Counted from the first letter of the stretch, positions 28,492-39,460 are shown. The stretch: DNA of 64,000 nucleotides from Nitrospira sp. (GCA_047150005.1 AP038806.1:128001-192000); one strand, 5' to 3'. The notes: generated by a model from the sequence alone, not told the origin. Numbers and translations are program-made.

Positions 28492-29547
28492 TCAGCCGAC
28501 ATGTCGATACAGGAGCCGACCCGCCAAGACCAGCACCTTGCGAGGAACGCGGGCACAAACGGTTGTCGCCAGACGCACTTTCAGACGTTCCAAACGGGGT
28601 GACACCACATCGGCAGGACCACGCCACCGGGTAAGAGGCACCGCGTAGGCTCCCCAGCGCTCCTTAAACCTAATCAATCCCGGATTGTCGATCTCCGAGC
28701 GACCAAGGTCTAGCTCCTCCATCCCGGCCAATTTCGCTGCTTGGATGGCTTTCCACAAAAGCATCGGGGTCGCTCCCAGACTGTTAAACCGGGCATCTGA
28801 GCCTCCGTACTTGTAATACATCTTTTTCTTGTGATTCATGGTCAAGATTCCTGCAATGGGCTGGTCCCCCTTAAAAGCCACCCGAATACAGACATCCTTT
28901 CCCATACAGGAGACAAGATTCTGAAACCACTCCAACGGCTGCGGCGGGAGATGTTGACGCGACCTCGACAGTACGATGAGCTCATAAAATGAGCGGACGA
29001 GGCATTCGTCCCTACCATCCTCGTACCTCAGTCCTTGGTGGTCCGCGCGACGAATTCTCCTTCTAATGCAACTCTTATGGAATCCCTTATACAGGGCATC
29101 GAGGCTCGACCGGAGGTCGAGCCGATGCCATCGAAAGACTTCGCACTCCCTAAGGCCCTCCTCGACACCGCTGAGGACGCCGCTGGTTCGCATTTCGACA
29201 TACTTCCATCGCTGTGTTCTTCGGAGCGTTTCGATATGAGCACAGAGCGCCCGGAGTTGCTCGATGTGTTCGACCAGCGGTTCGCAGTGGTCCGTGAAGG
29301 GCAGCGACACCAGACGGCAGCCGGTCAGCCAACTTCGAGCAATACAAAACAAAAGGGCGTTGGTCAGCTTCTCAGATGGCCTGGAGGTCGTAAAGGCGAC
29401 CGGTTCATATCCGTAGGTGGTACGCAACGCTTGAAGCCAACCGATGGTATGGAAAACGGAAGAGATCGGATGTCTATCGACGAATTCGGGCCACCGATTA
29501 TCCCGAAGAGGGCTTATTGTCCAGACACGACCTCGTTCCAAGACCAT
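28492..29547 (-). CDS. GNAT/FemAB-like acyltransferase
   Basis: SSVFHT..W, LVSLPFTDH, LDLGRS...NPGL..FK..WGA. Confidence 0.82.
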   Translation of the reverse strand: MVLERGRVWTISPLRDNRWPEFVDRHPISSVFHTIGWLQALRTTYGYEPVAFTTSRPSEKLTNALLFCIARSWLTGCRLVSLPFTDHCEPLVEHIEQLRALCAHIETLRRTQRWKYVEMRTSGVLSGVEEGLRECEVFRWHRLDLRSSLDALYKGFHKSCIRRRIRRADHQGLRYEDGRDECLVRSFYELIVLSRSRQHLPPQPLEWFQNLVSCMGKDVCIRVAFKGDQPIAGILTMNHKKKMYYKYGGSDARFNSLGATPMLLWKAIQAAKLAGMEELDLGRSEIDNPGLIRFKERWGAYAVPLTRWRGPADVVSPRLERLKVRLATTVCARVPRKVLVLAGRLLYRHVG

Positions 29548-29600
29548 CGCACCCCTCTCGGCATCAGGTTCGCCCACAAGCTGCGGGTCCGAGGTTCCGG

Positions 29601-30533
29601 TCAGGTTTGTGCACGAGCCCCGTCATGGAGGTCATGCCCTAACCGCTGTTCCAACTTACGCAGCAACCAGACAAGAGAAAAGAGCACTGCGAGCGACACG
29701 ACAAAGAGCGGAATGCCGCCACTGCGATGAAGTGCGCTGTCCGTAATAAAAGCGGGATCGACATAGTTCGCCAGCAGCGCCAAGCCGACGATTCGGAAGG
29801 CGTTCTTAATGATGGCCAGCGGAACGACCAAGGCCACCAACACTGTTCTGGCCCACGCGGAGGTCAAAAACCAGTAGCCGGCCACGAGACTCGTAATAAC
29901 CAGTGAGAGAAAGGAGCGAATCCCGCTGCATTCCTCTGCAACAAAGATCGTGAAATTCGACAGGTGGAAGATGAATCCTTCGCGAATGACTTGGATTGGA
30001 AGGATCAGGAACATGAAATCTACCATGTCAGCTGATCCGCGCTGCAAGAAGCCGATGACCGCGTCGAGAAGAGCCGTAGGCAATGGAACCATGAAGAAAA
30101 GCATCATCAATGCGAACACGTTCTTTCGAACGCACTCAGCTCCAAAATTCAGCAGAAACAGGCCCCAGCACATCACAACAAAAGCCAAGACGGCCATAGC
30201 GAGTCGATCTTGTGTCCCGTCTTGTCCATCAGCGAGCCAGTAGCAGACGACGCCAACGGCCATGACCAAAGCGCCGGCCGTCGGACTCCATGCCTGGGAA
30301 GTCAGTATGGCGGTTCGGTTCAGAAACAGCAGGTAGATCGTCAGCACCGGAATCAACAATACGTGTGAGAGATGTTCGTTCGCTGCGGCGAGTGTAAAGA
30401 GATTCACGAGTGGTACCCAGAACCAGACGCACAGCGCACCGAATAACAGAAGGGCAAGGCCGTTCCGTTGCCCCGGACGCCCCAAGCCGGCTCCGTCCTT
30501 GTCAGAACGCCACGCTTTCACGAATGCCCGCAT
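29601..30533 (-). CDS. Exosortase
   Basis: Multi-TM; VAEECSGIRS, NAFRI, LH catalytic C/R/H pattern. Confidence 0.92.
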   Translation of the reverse strand: MRAFVKAWRSDKDGAGLGRPGQRNGLALLLFGALCVWFWVPLVNLFTLAAANEHLSHVLLIPVLTIYLLFLNRTAILTSQAWSPTAGALVMAVGVVCYWLADGQDGTQDRLAMAVLAFVVMCWGLFLLNFGAECVRKNVFALMMLFFMVPLPTALLDAVIGFLQRGSADMVDFMFLILPIQVIREGFIFHLSNFTIFVAEECSGIRSFLSLVITSLVAGYWFLTSAWARTVLVALVVPLAIIKNAFRIVGLALLANYVDPAFITDSALHRSGGIPLFVVSLAVLFSLVWLLRKLEQRLGHDLHDGARAQT

Positions 30534-30564
30534 GTGATTCTCTTGCGTCCGTGAATACTGTAGG

Positions 30565-31695
30565 TTAGCAGGCACCCCTGCCAGTAATGACCGCAGCCGG
30601 TGTCGCCAGCAGGATCTTGATGTCGAACCACAGGGACATGGTCCTGGCATACCGTAAGTCGAGGCGCACCATCTCATCGAACGTCGTGCGGCTTCGGCCA
30701 ACCACCTGCCAGAGACCGGTCATGCCCGGCACGGCCTCCAACACGCGACCTCGGTGCCACGGCTTGTACTGTTGCAGTTCGTACGGGAGCGGCGGCCGCG
30801 GCCCCACGAGAGACATGTCGCCGATCAGCACATTCCAGAGCTGAGGCAGCTCATCGAAACTTGTGCTTCGGAGAAACCAGCCGACGGGGGTGATCCTCGT
30901 ATCATTCGTGAGCTTGAAGACGACCGGCTTCTGTTGCGACTGCGCCTTGTCGCTGACGGTGATAAACCAGCTCACATAGTCGTGATGGACCCGGTGATCC
31001 GCCGTGACATACATTGTTCGGAACTTGTACATCGTGAAGGGCCTCATCAAATGCCCGACCCGTACCTGCCTGAATAGGACCGGCCCGGGTGAGGACAGCT
31101 TGACAAGAACGGCAAGGAGGGCGAACACCGGCAAAAGCACGAGGAGCAGCAGGGTACTGATCACAACGTCCATGCCTCGCTTGAAGATTTGAAAATTTAG
31201 GACAGCAGGCTGATTCGCCGAGAGTTCCGGATACAGCAGCGGATCCATGGAGAGTCCCTGCTCCTCGTTTGATGGGGTAGGCTCCGGGTACACACGCAAC
31301 CTGATCGAGAGGTGTTGGGCAAGCTCCTCATGACCTTGAAGCCTGATCGCACTCCGGACTGTACTTTCAAGGCGATCGCAGGTGCCAGCCTGGTCGGCTG
31401 GGCCGATCTCAGGCACGATCAGACCTATGACGCACGACGGTTCAAACCAACCAGGAATATCGAACTCCGAAGTGACCGTCGACAAGGCATTTGCCAGGAC
31501 GGCGGCGTAAGCAATCCCCTCCTTGCCCGACCTGTTCGGAAGGCCGACCAATAGCAGCACCATCGTCAGCCCGGAACGATCTGCACGCTTCCGTTCCCGC
31601 GTGACCGCCTGTTTGAAGAGCCGCTCGTCAAGCAGCATTTGGTATTGCGCCGTCACGGCGATCTCTCCGTCCATGACTATCCCGTCGTTTCTCAT
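30565..31695 (-). CDS. Priming sugar transferase with N-terminal degenerate GGDEF-like domain
   Basis: FKRGMD, KFRTM, DELPQLWNVL.GDMSLVGPRP. Confidence 0.92.
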   Translation of the reverse strand: MRNDGIVMDGEIAVTAQYQMLLDERLFKQAVTRERKRADRSGLTMVLLLVGLPNRSGKEGIAYAAVLANALSTVTSEFDIPGWFEPSCVIGLIVPEIGPADQAGTCDRLESTVRSAIRLQGHEELAQHLSIRLRVYPEPTPSNEEQGLSMDPLLYPELSANQPAVLNFQIFKRGMDVVISTLLLLVLLPVFALLAVLVKLSSPGPVLFRQVRVGHLMRPFTMYKFRTMYVTADHRVHHDYVSWFITVSDKAQSQQKPVVFKLTNDTRITPVGWFLRSTSFDELPQLWNVLIGDMSLVGPRPPLPYELQQYKPWHRGRVLEAVPGMTGLWQVVGRSRTTFDEMVRLDLRYARTMSLWFDIKILLATPAAVITGRGAC

Positions 31696-31719
31696 CCGCT
31701 CCCCTCCAGCCCACGAAAC

Positions 31720-32721
31720 CTAGGCCAACACAATCTCCTTGTGCTGGTTGAGCGACTGCTCGGCCGCTTCGAGAATGCGCACGACACGCAGCCCCGCCAG
31801 TCCATCGTTGATCGGTTTTGTCCCCTTCAGAACGCAGTCCAGAAAATATCGTGCTTCCACCCTCAGCGCTTCTGCCTCTTCGATTTTTGGCGCGTACATA
31901 TCGCCGGTCCTATAGCTGACCAAGGCCGCATGCATGCCCGATTCATTCTTGATGTCGGCGCCTTTATCGTAGATGCGAAGCTTTTCCGCCAGGTCGAGGT
32001 CATTCCAGACCAGCATTCGTTTTTGGCCGCCGACCAACGTCGTGCGCACTTTCACGGGGGAGAGCCAATTCACGTTGATGTGCGCAAGCACATTGTCGGG
32101 GAAATACACCGTGAGGTAGGCGATGTTTTCGAGATTGTTCACGTGGGCTCCGCCGGTAGCCACGACCAGCTCGGGCTCAAGCCCGATCAAGTAATCCATA
32201 ATCGACAGATCATGCGGCGCGAGATCCCAGAGCACGTTTACGTCGTGCTGAAAGAGTCCGAGATTCACACGGGTCGAGTCATAGTAGTAGAGCCGTCCCA
32301 ATGTACCCTCGTCGATAAGTTGCTTGATCTTCCGGACAGCTCCGGTAAACAGGAAGGTATGGTCTACCATGATCTGGAGCCCGCGACGATCCGCCAGTTC
32401 GATCAGGTCCTCGGCTTCGGCGGAGGTTGCGGTAAAAGGTTTCTCCACAAACACATGTTTTCCATTCTCAAGCGCCTTTGTGGCCAATTCGTAGTGGTAC
32501 GACACCGGCGTCACGATCGCCACCGCGTCGATATCCGGGGCGAGAAGCACAGCATCCGGGTCAGTCGTCACACCGATGCCGGGATGTGCCGCCATCGCAC
32601 GCGTCAAGGCAGCGGCAGACCTGTCGCAGACAGTGACGACCTTGCAGTCGGGATGTCCGATGAAATTCCGCACCACGTTCGGGCCCCAATACCCATACCC
32701 GATCACACCGAGACTTAGCAT
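31720..32721 (-). CDS. Gfo/Idh/MocA oxidoreductase
   Basis: GYGYWG, HVFVEKP, WDLAPHD. Confidence 0.92.
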   Translation of the reverse strand: MLSLGVIGYGYWGPNVVRNFIGHPDCKVVTVCDRSAAALTRAMAAHPGIGVTTDPDAVLLAPDIDAVAIVTPVSYHYELATKALENGKHVFVEKPFTATSAEAEDLIELADRRGLQIMVDHTFLFTGAVRKIKQLIDEGTLGRLYYYDSTRVNLGLFQHDVNVLWDLAPHDLSIMDYLIGLEPELVVATGGAHVNNLENIAYLTVYFPDNVLAHINVNWLSPVKVRTTLVGGQKRMLVWNDLDLAEKLRIYDKGADIKNESGMHAALVSYRTGDMYAPKIEEAEALRVEARYFLDCVLKGTKPINDGLAGLRVVRILEAAEQSLNQHKEIVLA

Positions 32722-32809
32722 AACGACACTCCTTGAAAGAGGTTATAGGACCTGTTCCTTCGGAACCAGGAAACGGAGAGAGGGAGTCGGCTGCGGTCAA
32801 CGCTCGGAG

Positions 32810-33250
32810 CTAATCCTGCTCGAGAGCATGTATCTGAAGGGAGTGGCCATTCATCAAAGTGAGGCCGCCATGTAAGCTGTCCTCCAAACGGGTCTTCAAG
32901 CTATCGCGCCCATCTCTGGCCGAACCCGTCCGTACCGTCGTCAACAACACCCCGATGATCCGGCCATGCCGATACCATCCGATGTAGTCGGTGTCACGAA
33001 CGCTCATGGACAACAGCGAGATCGCCTTCCCGGCAAGCTCCGATCCCAATGGCACAATTAGCCCTTGCACGTTTGTGCGGTAGACGAGCAGGATCTGGCA
33101 GAGCTGACCCGCTCGCTCGGAACGCTTGAACTCTCGGTGGACGAGATCGCGATAGACCGTTTCAGAATAGATGTCTGCAGAAGAGGAAGACTTGTTGCCC
33201 CTCATCAGACCGAGCAAAAATGCGAGCAGATTTGCTGAATCCATGAGCAT
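32810..33250 (-). CDS. Stand-alone degenerate GGDEF-like protein
   Basis: REFKRSER, RDTDYIGWY; parallels N-terminus of the sugar transferase. Confidence 0.65.
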   Translation of the reverse strand: MLMDSANLLAFLLGLMRGNKSSSSADIYSETVYRDLVHREFKRSERAGQLCQILLVYRTNVQGLIVPLGSELAGKAISLLSMSVRDTDYIGWYRHGRIIGVLLTTVRTGSARDGRDSLKTRLEDSLHGGLTLMNGHSLQIHALEQD

Positions 33251-33332
33251 GTCGTCAAAAGGTGATACCGCCCCAGGATAGGGCCATTGAGATGGAGATG
33301 GAGGGAGCGCTCTCGTCGCTGGGCCGGCGACC

Positions 33333-34310
33333 TTAACCGTGGGTGTCGTGACCTAGCGAAGGTTTACCGTGCGCAGCAAAAGCTGCCACCTCGCGTGGAA
33401 GGGCATACCAACAGGTATCCCCGTAGCGGGTAAGGACGTACTTGAGAAGACCTTCATACAGATCGGCAGAATACTCTGAGGAATTCGGTTTGCCATCAAA
33501 AGACATGTAGTCAGGATGGACAATCACCAGAGCCATGCCACCGTGCGAAGCTATCCAATCGAGTTTCTTCGTCCACAGGTCGACCGTCATTTCTTTCAAG
33601 AGCACGAACAACGTGAAATCCTGCGGAAGCGTATACGGGAGTTCGAGGTAGCCTCTCGACCCGTTGCGCTGAATCCAAAAGGGGAAAATCGTTCCGACTC
33701 CATCCGGTTGCGGCTCGAACGGGTCCGTATCGAATGTGGATGCATCGTAGAGCATATCGAGTTTTTGAAGCCAATCGAGGTTATGAAGCATGTAGCCGGA
33801 CCGGAACCCCGATGCCCCCCACATTTTGAGATACTGATTGATTTTCTGAGCTTGAGCCTCAAAGTGCCGCGGTGAACGATACAGCGACCCATCGTGATGC
33901 AAATCATGGACACCGACTTCAAAGCCTTCGTGCTCGAGAACAGCCCGGAACGTGTCGGGAACTCGGTACTCTCCTTCCGGCACAAAGTTGAACGCTGCGC
34001 GAATGCCCAAGGCTTTGTCCAGATCGGCCAGCTTCCGGCAGCGTGCCAACCCGCGCGCTCCCTCGACGTCATGTGTCACGACAAAGGCGAATTCCTTGCC
34101 CTTCGGCCATCCCGGCCAACCCTTCGGCGGTCGAGCTGCAGACGGCGAAATAGGCCAGGAACCGCTGACCTGCTTCCGCAGATGATTGGCGATCAGACGT
34201 CGTACTCGTACTCTGATGGCCCACGGGATAGCCGGCCTCAGATAATAGTATGCCTTCGTCAGGAGCGGTGTGGTTTTAGCGATCCCCATGGGTGACTGAA
34301 TCCTCGCCAA
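33333..34310 (-). CDS. Polysaccharide deacetylase-like protein
   Basis: THDVE, EVGVHDLHH, GFRS, ELPYTL.QD, IVHPDY. Confidence 0.82.
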   Translation of the reverse strand: MARIQSPMGIAKTTPLLTKAYYYLRPAIPWAIRVRVRRLIANHLRKQVSGSWPISPSAARPPKGWPGWPKGKEFAFVVTHDVEGARGLARCRKLADLDKALGIRAAFNFVPEGEYRVPDTFRAVLEHEGFEVGVHDLHHDGSLYRSPRHFEAQAQKINQYLKMWGASGFRSGYMLHNLDWLQKLDMLYDASTFDTDPFEPQPDGVGTIFPFWIQRNGSRGYLELPYTLPQDFTLFVLLKEMTVDLWTKKLDWIASHGGMALVIVHPDYMSFDGKPNSSEYSADLYEGLLKYVLTRYGDTCWYALPREVAAFAAHGKPSLGHDTHG

Positions 34311-34374
34311 GAAACACCCTTGAACTAGGTTCTGTCATGCGCCAAAAGACCCAAGCGCTGTCTATCATACATAT

Positions 34375-34475
34375 CTAATCCCCCAGTACCTGTCGGCACC
34401 ACTCGCGATGAGAAAGGTACCACTCAACCGTTTTTCGCGATCCCACCTCGAATGCATGCTGTGGAGACCACTTCA
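34375..34475 (-). pseudogene. C-terminal remnant of dTDP-glucose 4,6-dehydratase-like gene
   Basis: LKWSPQHAFEVGSRKTVEWYLSHREW resembles the RfbB C-terminus; upstream replaced by IS remnant. Confidence 0.6.
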
Positions 34476-34477
34476 AT

Positions 34478-34790
34478 GGCGACAAGACGCTGACCGAATT
34501 AGCTGAGCAATTTCGCGTCCATCCCACCCAGATCACCGAATGGAAGCAGCAATTGCTGGCCCGAGCCACGGACGTATTTGGCGGGACGAAGGCGCCATCG
34601 GAGACGCCCGATCTCATAACGGTTCACGCGAAGATCGGGCAACTGGCGCTGGAAAATGATTTTTTAGAAGAGGCGCTCATCAAGGCAGAATTGTTGAGCG
34701 CACCGCGATGATCGACCGCACCCATGCTCTGCCGTCGTGCAGGCAATGCCAGTTGCTCGGTGTGGCACGCTGGACGGCCTGCTAACAATC
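34478..34790 (+). pseudogene. IS3 family transposase remnant
   Basis: GDKTLTELAEQFRVHPTQITEWKQQL...HAKIGQLALENDFL then MIDRTH..RQCQLLGVAR. Confidence 0.8.
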
Positions 34791-34866
34791 GCACAGGAAC
34801 GGAGACGGCACGTGGATGTCAACACTGGAAAAGTCGGGCAGCTACACTTTTCCGCTTAAACTGCCC

Positions 34867-36081
34867 TCATTGTACCCGCAGATTCGTGGGTGGCGAAGGA
34901 GGGATGGCGTCAGTGTCAGTGCCAGAACCATTGATGCCCATGTCTTTTCCGTCACTGCCTGCGTTCTTCCCGAGAGAGGCAGAACTCAGTTGGTAGGCCG
35001 TCCACGTGTTGGGCGAACTGCCCCCCACGAAGGTAGGTGTCCCGATGAGATTATTGCTGCCGCTCGCGATGTTCGAGGTATCAAAGAGATTGTTCGTTAC
35101 GGTGCAATTTGTGCAGGCAGGTGTTCCGTTTTGAGTCAAATTCACCCGGCTAGACCCCAAGAAGATATTGTTCCGCAAGAGCAAATTCGTCGTGTTGCCG
35201 TTCTCCGGTTTACCGTTGAAGTTGACGCCCGCATTCTTCATCGTGTTGTGCTCGTACAGCGGATTCGAGATGGTTCCGCATTGGACGGCCACCCCGTTGC
35301 TGGAGCTATGTTCGAGGACGTTGTGGGTAAACACTTCGCTCGCACCGCCATCATAGAAGCCAAGATCGACAGTATTGTTGGTGAAATAATTCCCGGTGAC
35401 GGTCGTATGGGATTGCCCGTACCCTTGGATGGCATCGACGTGGGCAGCACAATTGCCTTGGACGATTCCGGTGAAGGTATTTCCTGGTCCAATCACAACT
35501 CCATACGAACCGACCTGAATGCCGTCGGAGCATCCGCCCGGACCAAAGGTGTTGTTCGAGACGACCACGCCAGCCGGTACGGAACCAGGCCCACCACCCC
35601 ACGTAATACAGAGACGCCCCTCACACCCCGTCGCGTTGTGTGCTCCGAAGGTATTATGGTCGATAAGAATGTTATTGTTATTGAAGTTGACCGTGGAGAT
35701 TGCGAGCTGACGAGTGCCAAAATCACTATTCTGAATCGTGATGTTTTTGGTCAAGCTGCCGGAGATCGTCGCCCCACTGGTGAAACTAATCCCGTCGAAG
35801 GTCACCCCATTGGCCCCACTCTGGGCTGAGAGTCCCATCGTCGGCCCAAGCGGGGTGGTAGCTTGAACTATGACACGAGGGCTTTTCGTAAAGGACCCGA
35901 GCGTGACCGATCCATAGCTCCCGGAGTTCAAGCAGATCGTGGTGCCTGCGGCGGCCGATGAGATCGCCGATGCCAGGTTGGCACCAGGACTGAGGGTCTG
36001 ATTACATGCCGCATTGGCCAGTTCAGACGTCCCTAAGAGAATTGCACAGACAATGAATACCTTCAAGCGGTGACATTTCAT
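34867..36081 (-). CDS. Secreted parallel beta-helix protein
   Basis: Signal peptide, AAAGTTICLNSGSY, Asn-rich repeats, HVDAIQ. Confidence 0.75.
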   Translation of the reverse strand: MKCHRLKVFIVCAILLGTSELANAACNQTLSPGANLASAISSAAAGTTICLNSGSYGSVTLGSFTKSPRVIVQATTPLGPTMGLSAQSGANGVTFDGISFTSGATISGSLTKNITIQNSDFGTRQLAISTVNFNNNNILIDHNTFGAHNATGCEGRLCITWGGGPGSVPAGVVVSNNTFGPGGCSDGIQVGSYGVVIGPGNTFTGIVQGNCAAHVDAIQGYGQSHTTVTGNYFTNNTVDLGFYDGGASEVFTHNVLEHSSSNGVAVQCGTISNPLYEHNTMKNAGVNFNGKPENGNTTNLLLRNNIFLGSSRVNLTQNGTPACTNCTVTNNLFDTSNIASGSNNLIGTPTFVGGSSPNTWTAYQLSSASLGKNAGSDGKDMGINGSGTDTDAIPPSPPTNLRVQ

Positions 36082-36563
36082 AGTTGTATCCCCATGGTTG
36101 TGCTAAATAGTACCTACTCTTGAGAAAACACGTTGTGTAGCTAGATGACTTAAGATATGTAGTGGCTGCTAAATAACCTGAGGCTTCATCAGTCTGCCAC
36201 CGTACCCATAACCTGCTGTTCTGGTACGCAAGACATATACCTGCTCCAAATGGAGTATTTAAGATCGCTATCAGCGCCTTTAACATAATGAAAGATAATG
36301 TGGTTTCTTAACGATAGGCAATATGTAATTTGGCTGATGGTGACTGCCATGTTGGTCCAAATTGTAGGGAGACACCTCCATCGTAACGGCGTGTCAAGAG
36401 GTGGCCTCCGGGTCTAGCACGTAGTCGTGAAGAAAAACGGCTTGCGCGTTGGGCTCAGGACCCGCGATCCGGTCGGTCCATAGCAGAGCATGGACCGGGA
36501 GAGGTACTTACGCCTCTCGGCAGCGGATGTAGAGGTGAGGAGATCGGGAAGAAGCGGAAGAGC

Positions 36564-37901
36564 TTATCCGCTGGGGAGAGGCGCCTCGTCGGTCCGCCGC
36601 ATCAGTGCGAACACCGGCTCTGCAACCGACGCCTGGGCAAGATTCGCACTCGCACCGATGATGAAGTACCAAAAGAGAATCATTTGATCAAAATACGATA
36701 CTGAAAAAAAAGATACGACATGGCCGAGTACTGTACAGCCCATAGACCAGATAAAAAATCGCTCACAAAAGGTAAACCGAGCTTCATCACGAACTGCCGA
36801 ACCGGTGACCTTAAAGCATTTGACGATCAGCCAGATAAATAGAACCAACCCGAGAAGGCCGCCAGTCACCCCTTGAGCGACATAGTGGTTTACAATGTCT
36901 ACCATATTAGGATTAGCTGTAATACCACTCGCCATCCAGTGCCTTGTGTAAGCTGTGCCACTGAGCCACCACTCGTCAAAATGAACGACGGCGGCATTAA
37001 TCAAGGCTGAGCGATACCATCCTCCTCCTCCTAAGACGTCACTTATGCGCGCTATCAAGAACCATACGGGATCCTTCATGTAAATATGTAATGCTACGAA
37101 GAACATCGCGATCCCCCACCGGATGGCTCTCATATTAGCCCTGACATACCAACAGAACAATCCAATGATGCTCGCAAGAAAGGCCAGAAAAGGTCCACTC
37201 GATGCTGAGGCAAAAATGATGACCGTAGCTGCCAAAATACCTCCTGTTGCAAGTGCACGATTGCGAGCACTGTAGACCCTCAATCCCACAAAAAGTGGCA
37301 AGGCGGTGGCCCCAAACGTTCCTGCGAGGATGGAATGTTTGAACGGACCCTGGCAACGGATACGTCCATTACGTATCTCTGAAAGTATAGGCACTCCGCC
37401 CAAGTATGAAAAAGAGTTTTTCCCGGTCATATGTTCTACGGCAAAAAGAAAGGCGAGAGGAATTATCATGATGCTGAGCATCTTCACGTTAAGAACAACG
37501 TCGTCTAAGTCTCGAATCGACGCCCGCACAATCAGATAAATCCCGAGTCCATCGTAGACAGTGCCAAGAGAGCCGGCCAGATTTCTACTTTCGCCATTCA
37601 CTAGGGTGGAAATAAACGCGCTGGTCAGGAGCCAAGCGATGAAAACCTTGTCGATCGGATTCGGTTTTATACTAAATATTTCCTTCCTAACAAAAATTCT
37701 AAGCATACCGAAAGATATGAGGATCCTGATGATGTTGAAATGAAGCTCGGCTATTATGAGGGCCTGCCCCAATGACATGTAGCAACCAGCTATCAGCATG
37801 GGAACAAACGCGTACCGCCGCGGCAACGTAAACCAGAGAAAACCCATGCCCAACGTGATAATAAGGCTGATCGGAGCTATGGTGCTTTCTTCTTGTTCCA
37901 T
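36564..37901 (-). CDS. O-antigen ligase/Wzy polymerase-like membrane protein
   Basis: Many TM segments, RCQGPFKHSILAG, SASSG, DIVNHY. Confidence 0.8.
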   Translation of the reverse strand: MEQEESTIAPISLIITLGMGFLWFTLPRRYAFVPMLIAGCYMSLGQALIIAELHFNIIRILISFGMLRIFVRKEIFSIKPNPIDKVFIAWLLTSAFISTLVNGESRNLAGSLGTVYDGLGIYLIVRASIRDLDDVVLNVKMLSIMIIPLAFLFAVEHMTGKNSFSYLGGVPILSEIRNGRIRCQGPFKHSILAGTFGATALPLFVGLRVYSARNRALATGGILAATVIIFASASSGPFLAFLASIIGLFCWYVRANMRAIRWGIAMFFVALHIYMKDPVWFLIARISDVLGGGGWYRSALINAAVVHFDEWWLSGTAYTRHWMASGITANPNMVDIVNHYVAQGVTGGLLGLVLFIWLIVKCFKVTGSAVRDEARFTFCERFFIWSMGCTVLGHVVSFFSVSYFDQMILFWYFIIGASANLAQASVAEPVFALMRRTDEAPLPSG

Positions 37902-37919
37902 GTCGCAAAAGTTTGGTCG

Positions 37920-38260
37920 ACGCTGCGGGTTCTTAGCAGTCGCTGCAGTTACTCTGAGTATTCGGAACGAATGCTTGTTGATGGAACAATTGGACTACAA
38001 TCTGTTGCTTCGATAATTTGTGGGCCTGGATGTGGATGCGTCCGTTTGAGATGTGACCGTGTTCGCAAGAACCGAGATAGCTTGCTGGAGGGCGAGGTTG
38101 CCACGACCTTGTTTGAGCACGTCTTGGCCCAGCGCGGCCCAGCGGCTGTTGTCCGATGAACATTTTACCGTCGATGGGACATTGATTGAGGTTTGGGCCG
38201 GCCGGAGCAGTTTTCAATAGAAGACCCCGCCCGCGCATGTCCCGGAGGAGCTCTCGCTGT
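37920..38260 (+). pseudogene. IS5 family transposase remnant
   Basis: SIRNECLLMEQLDYNLLLR*FVGL...LLSDEHFTVDGTLIE with stops and frameshifts. Confidence 0.8.
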
Positions 38261-38348
38261 CAGCGGCGCTTGTAGAACCCACAGATGGTCAACGCTGGAG
38301 GCATTGTCTGATTCATGAAAACTACAAAGGTCCTGTCGGTCTCAGCAT

Positions 38349-39119
38349 CTACCTTACCTTCGCAAATATATCCCCGTAGATTCGATGTGGCGAATGAAAT
38401 CCCGGTTCTGTCCCGGAGATCTCAGTTAGTGATTTCTTCAGTTCAGCCGCTTCCACCCAGCATGGAAGTTCAAACCGCCGCGGATCTTCTATCGCATAAT
38501 TAAACAATGCACCGTCGAACTGGTCCTTCGCCAAGCATCGGAAAGTGGCAGCGAGGTCGCCTGTGTTGAATTCAAATGAGAGGAGTTTCGGGAAGGTGCT
38601 TAGTCCGTCCAGAACCGATTCCTCGAATCCCTCTACGTCGATCTTGATGAAGGCTGGCAAGCCGTATTCGGAAACTAGGTCATTCAAGGTGAGCATGGCG
38701 ACCTGCACTTTTCGAGATGAAACCGCGTTCGGAATCCAATCGTCACGCATGGATGAGATATCGTCTCTATCATCCGAGACATTCAGCGTTACAAGCCCCG
38801 CCTTTGGACCCATGACGGCGTTCAATACGGTGATTGGCAAATCGAAATAGGAAATCTCGATGTGGCGAATACAATCCCGGTTCGGCTCGATCGCAATGAC
38901 CCGATGGCCGAGTGAAGCGAACAACGCTGACAACATTCCGACGTTTGCTCCCACATCGAAGACCAGCCCTTCTGGTGGCAAAAGCGCTGCATAGAAATCC
39001 CTCATATTCCTTAGATGTTCACGTTTTTGAGGGTGAAGCGCTGCATTCAGAAAGCGCCCGAACCGGTGCAAGCCAAGCACCCAAAGGCCCTCTTCAACCC
39101 TTCTTCGAGATCGTCTCAT
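38349..39119 (-). CDS. FkbM family methyltransferase
   Basis: FDVGANVG, AIEPN, IKIDVEGFE. Confidence 0.9.
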   Translation of the reverse strand: MRRSRRRVEEGLWVLGLHRFGRFLNAALHPQKREHLRNMRDFYAALLPPEGLVFDVGANVGMLSALFASLGHRVIAIEPNRDCIRHIEISYFDLPITVLNAVMGPKAGLVTLNVSDDRDDISSMRDDWIPNAVSSRKVQVAMLTLNDLVSEYGLPAFIKIDVEGFEESVLDGLSTFPKLLSFEFNTGDLAATFRCLAKDQFDGALFNYAIEDPRRFELPCWVEAAELKKSLTEISGTEPGFHSPHRIYGDIFAKVR

Positions 39120-39257
39120 GGCAACTCCACTCCTGCCTTCTCAAAAAACCACGTCCCTACTCCCGATGAAAATCGCTGACAGTATCGCGGAACAAGCGAG
39201 ACGGGTGCGTAAGCTTCCCTGAACAGTGAAGAGTCCCAAGGGAGAATCTTCTGGCAC

Positions 39258-39375
39258 TGACGTCTCCAAGGAAAACGACGGCAGATTGAAACTGGAGTAC
39301 AATGGCGGCTTCGGCGGTCTCGCACGAAAGGAGTGGACCTATGAAGCGGTCCAAGTTCTCGGAGGAACATCGGGT
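39258..39375 (+). pseudogene. IS3 left-end stub
   Basis: AAGGAG RBS then MKRSKFSEE (typical IS3 OrfA start) at 39341, immediately lost. Confidence 0.6.
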
Positions 39376-39460
39376 GAGACGATTGAGAGGTCTATTCTAT
39401 CTCAAATGATCGTTCTCATTGCTATTATTGTGGCTCGTTCTATCCGGCCCCACTGGGAAG

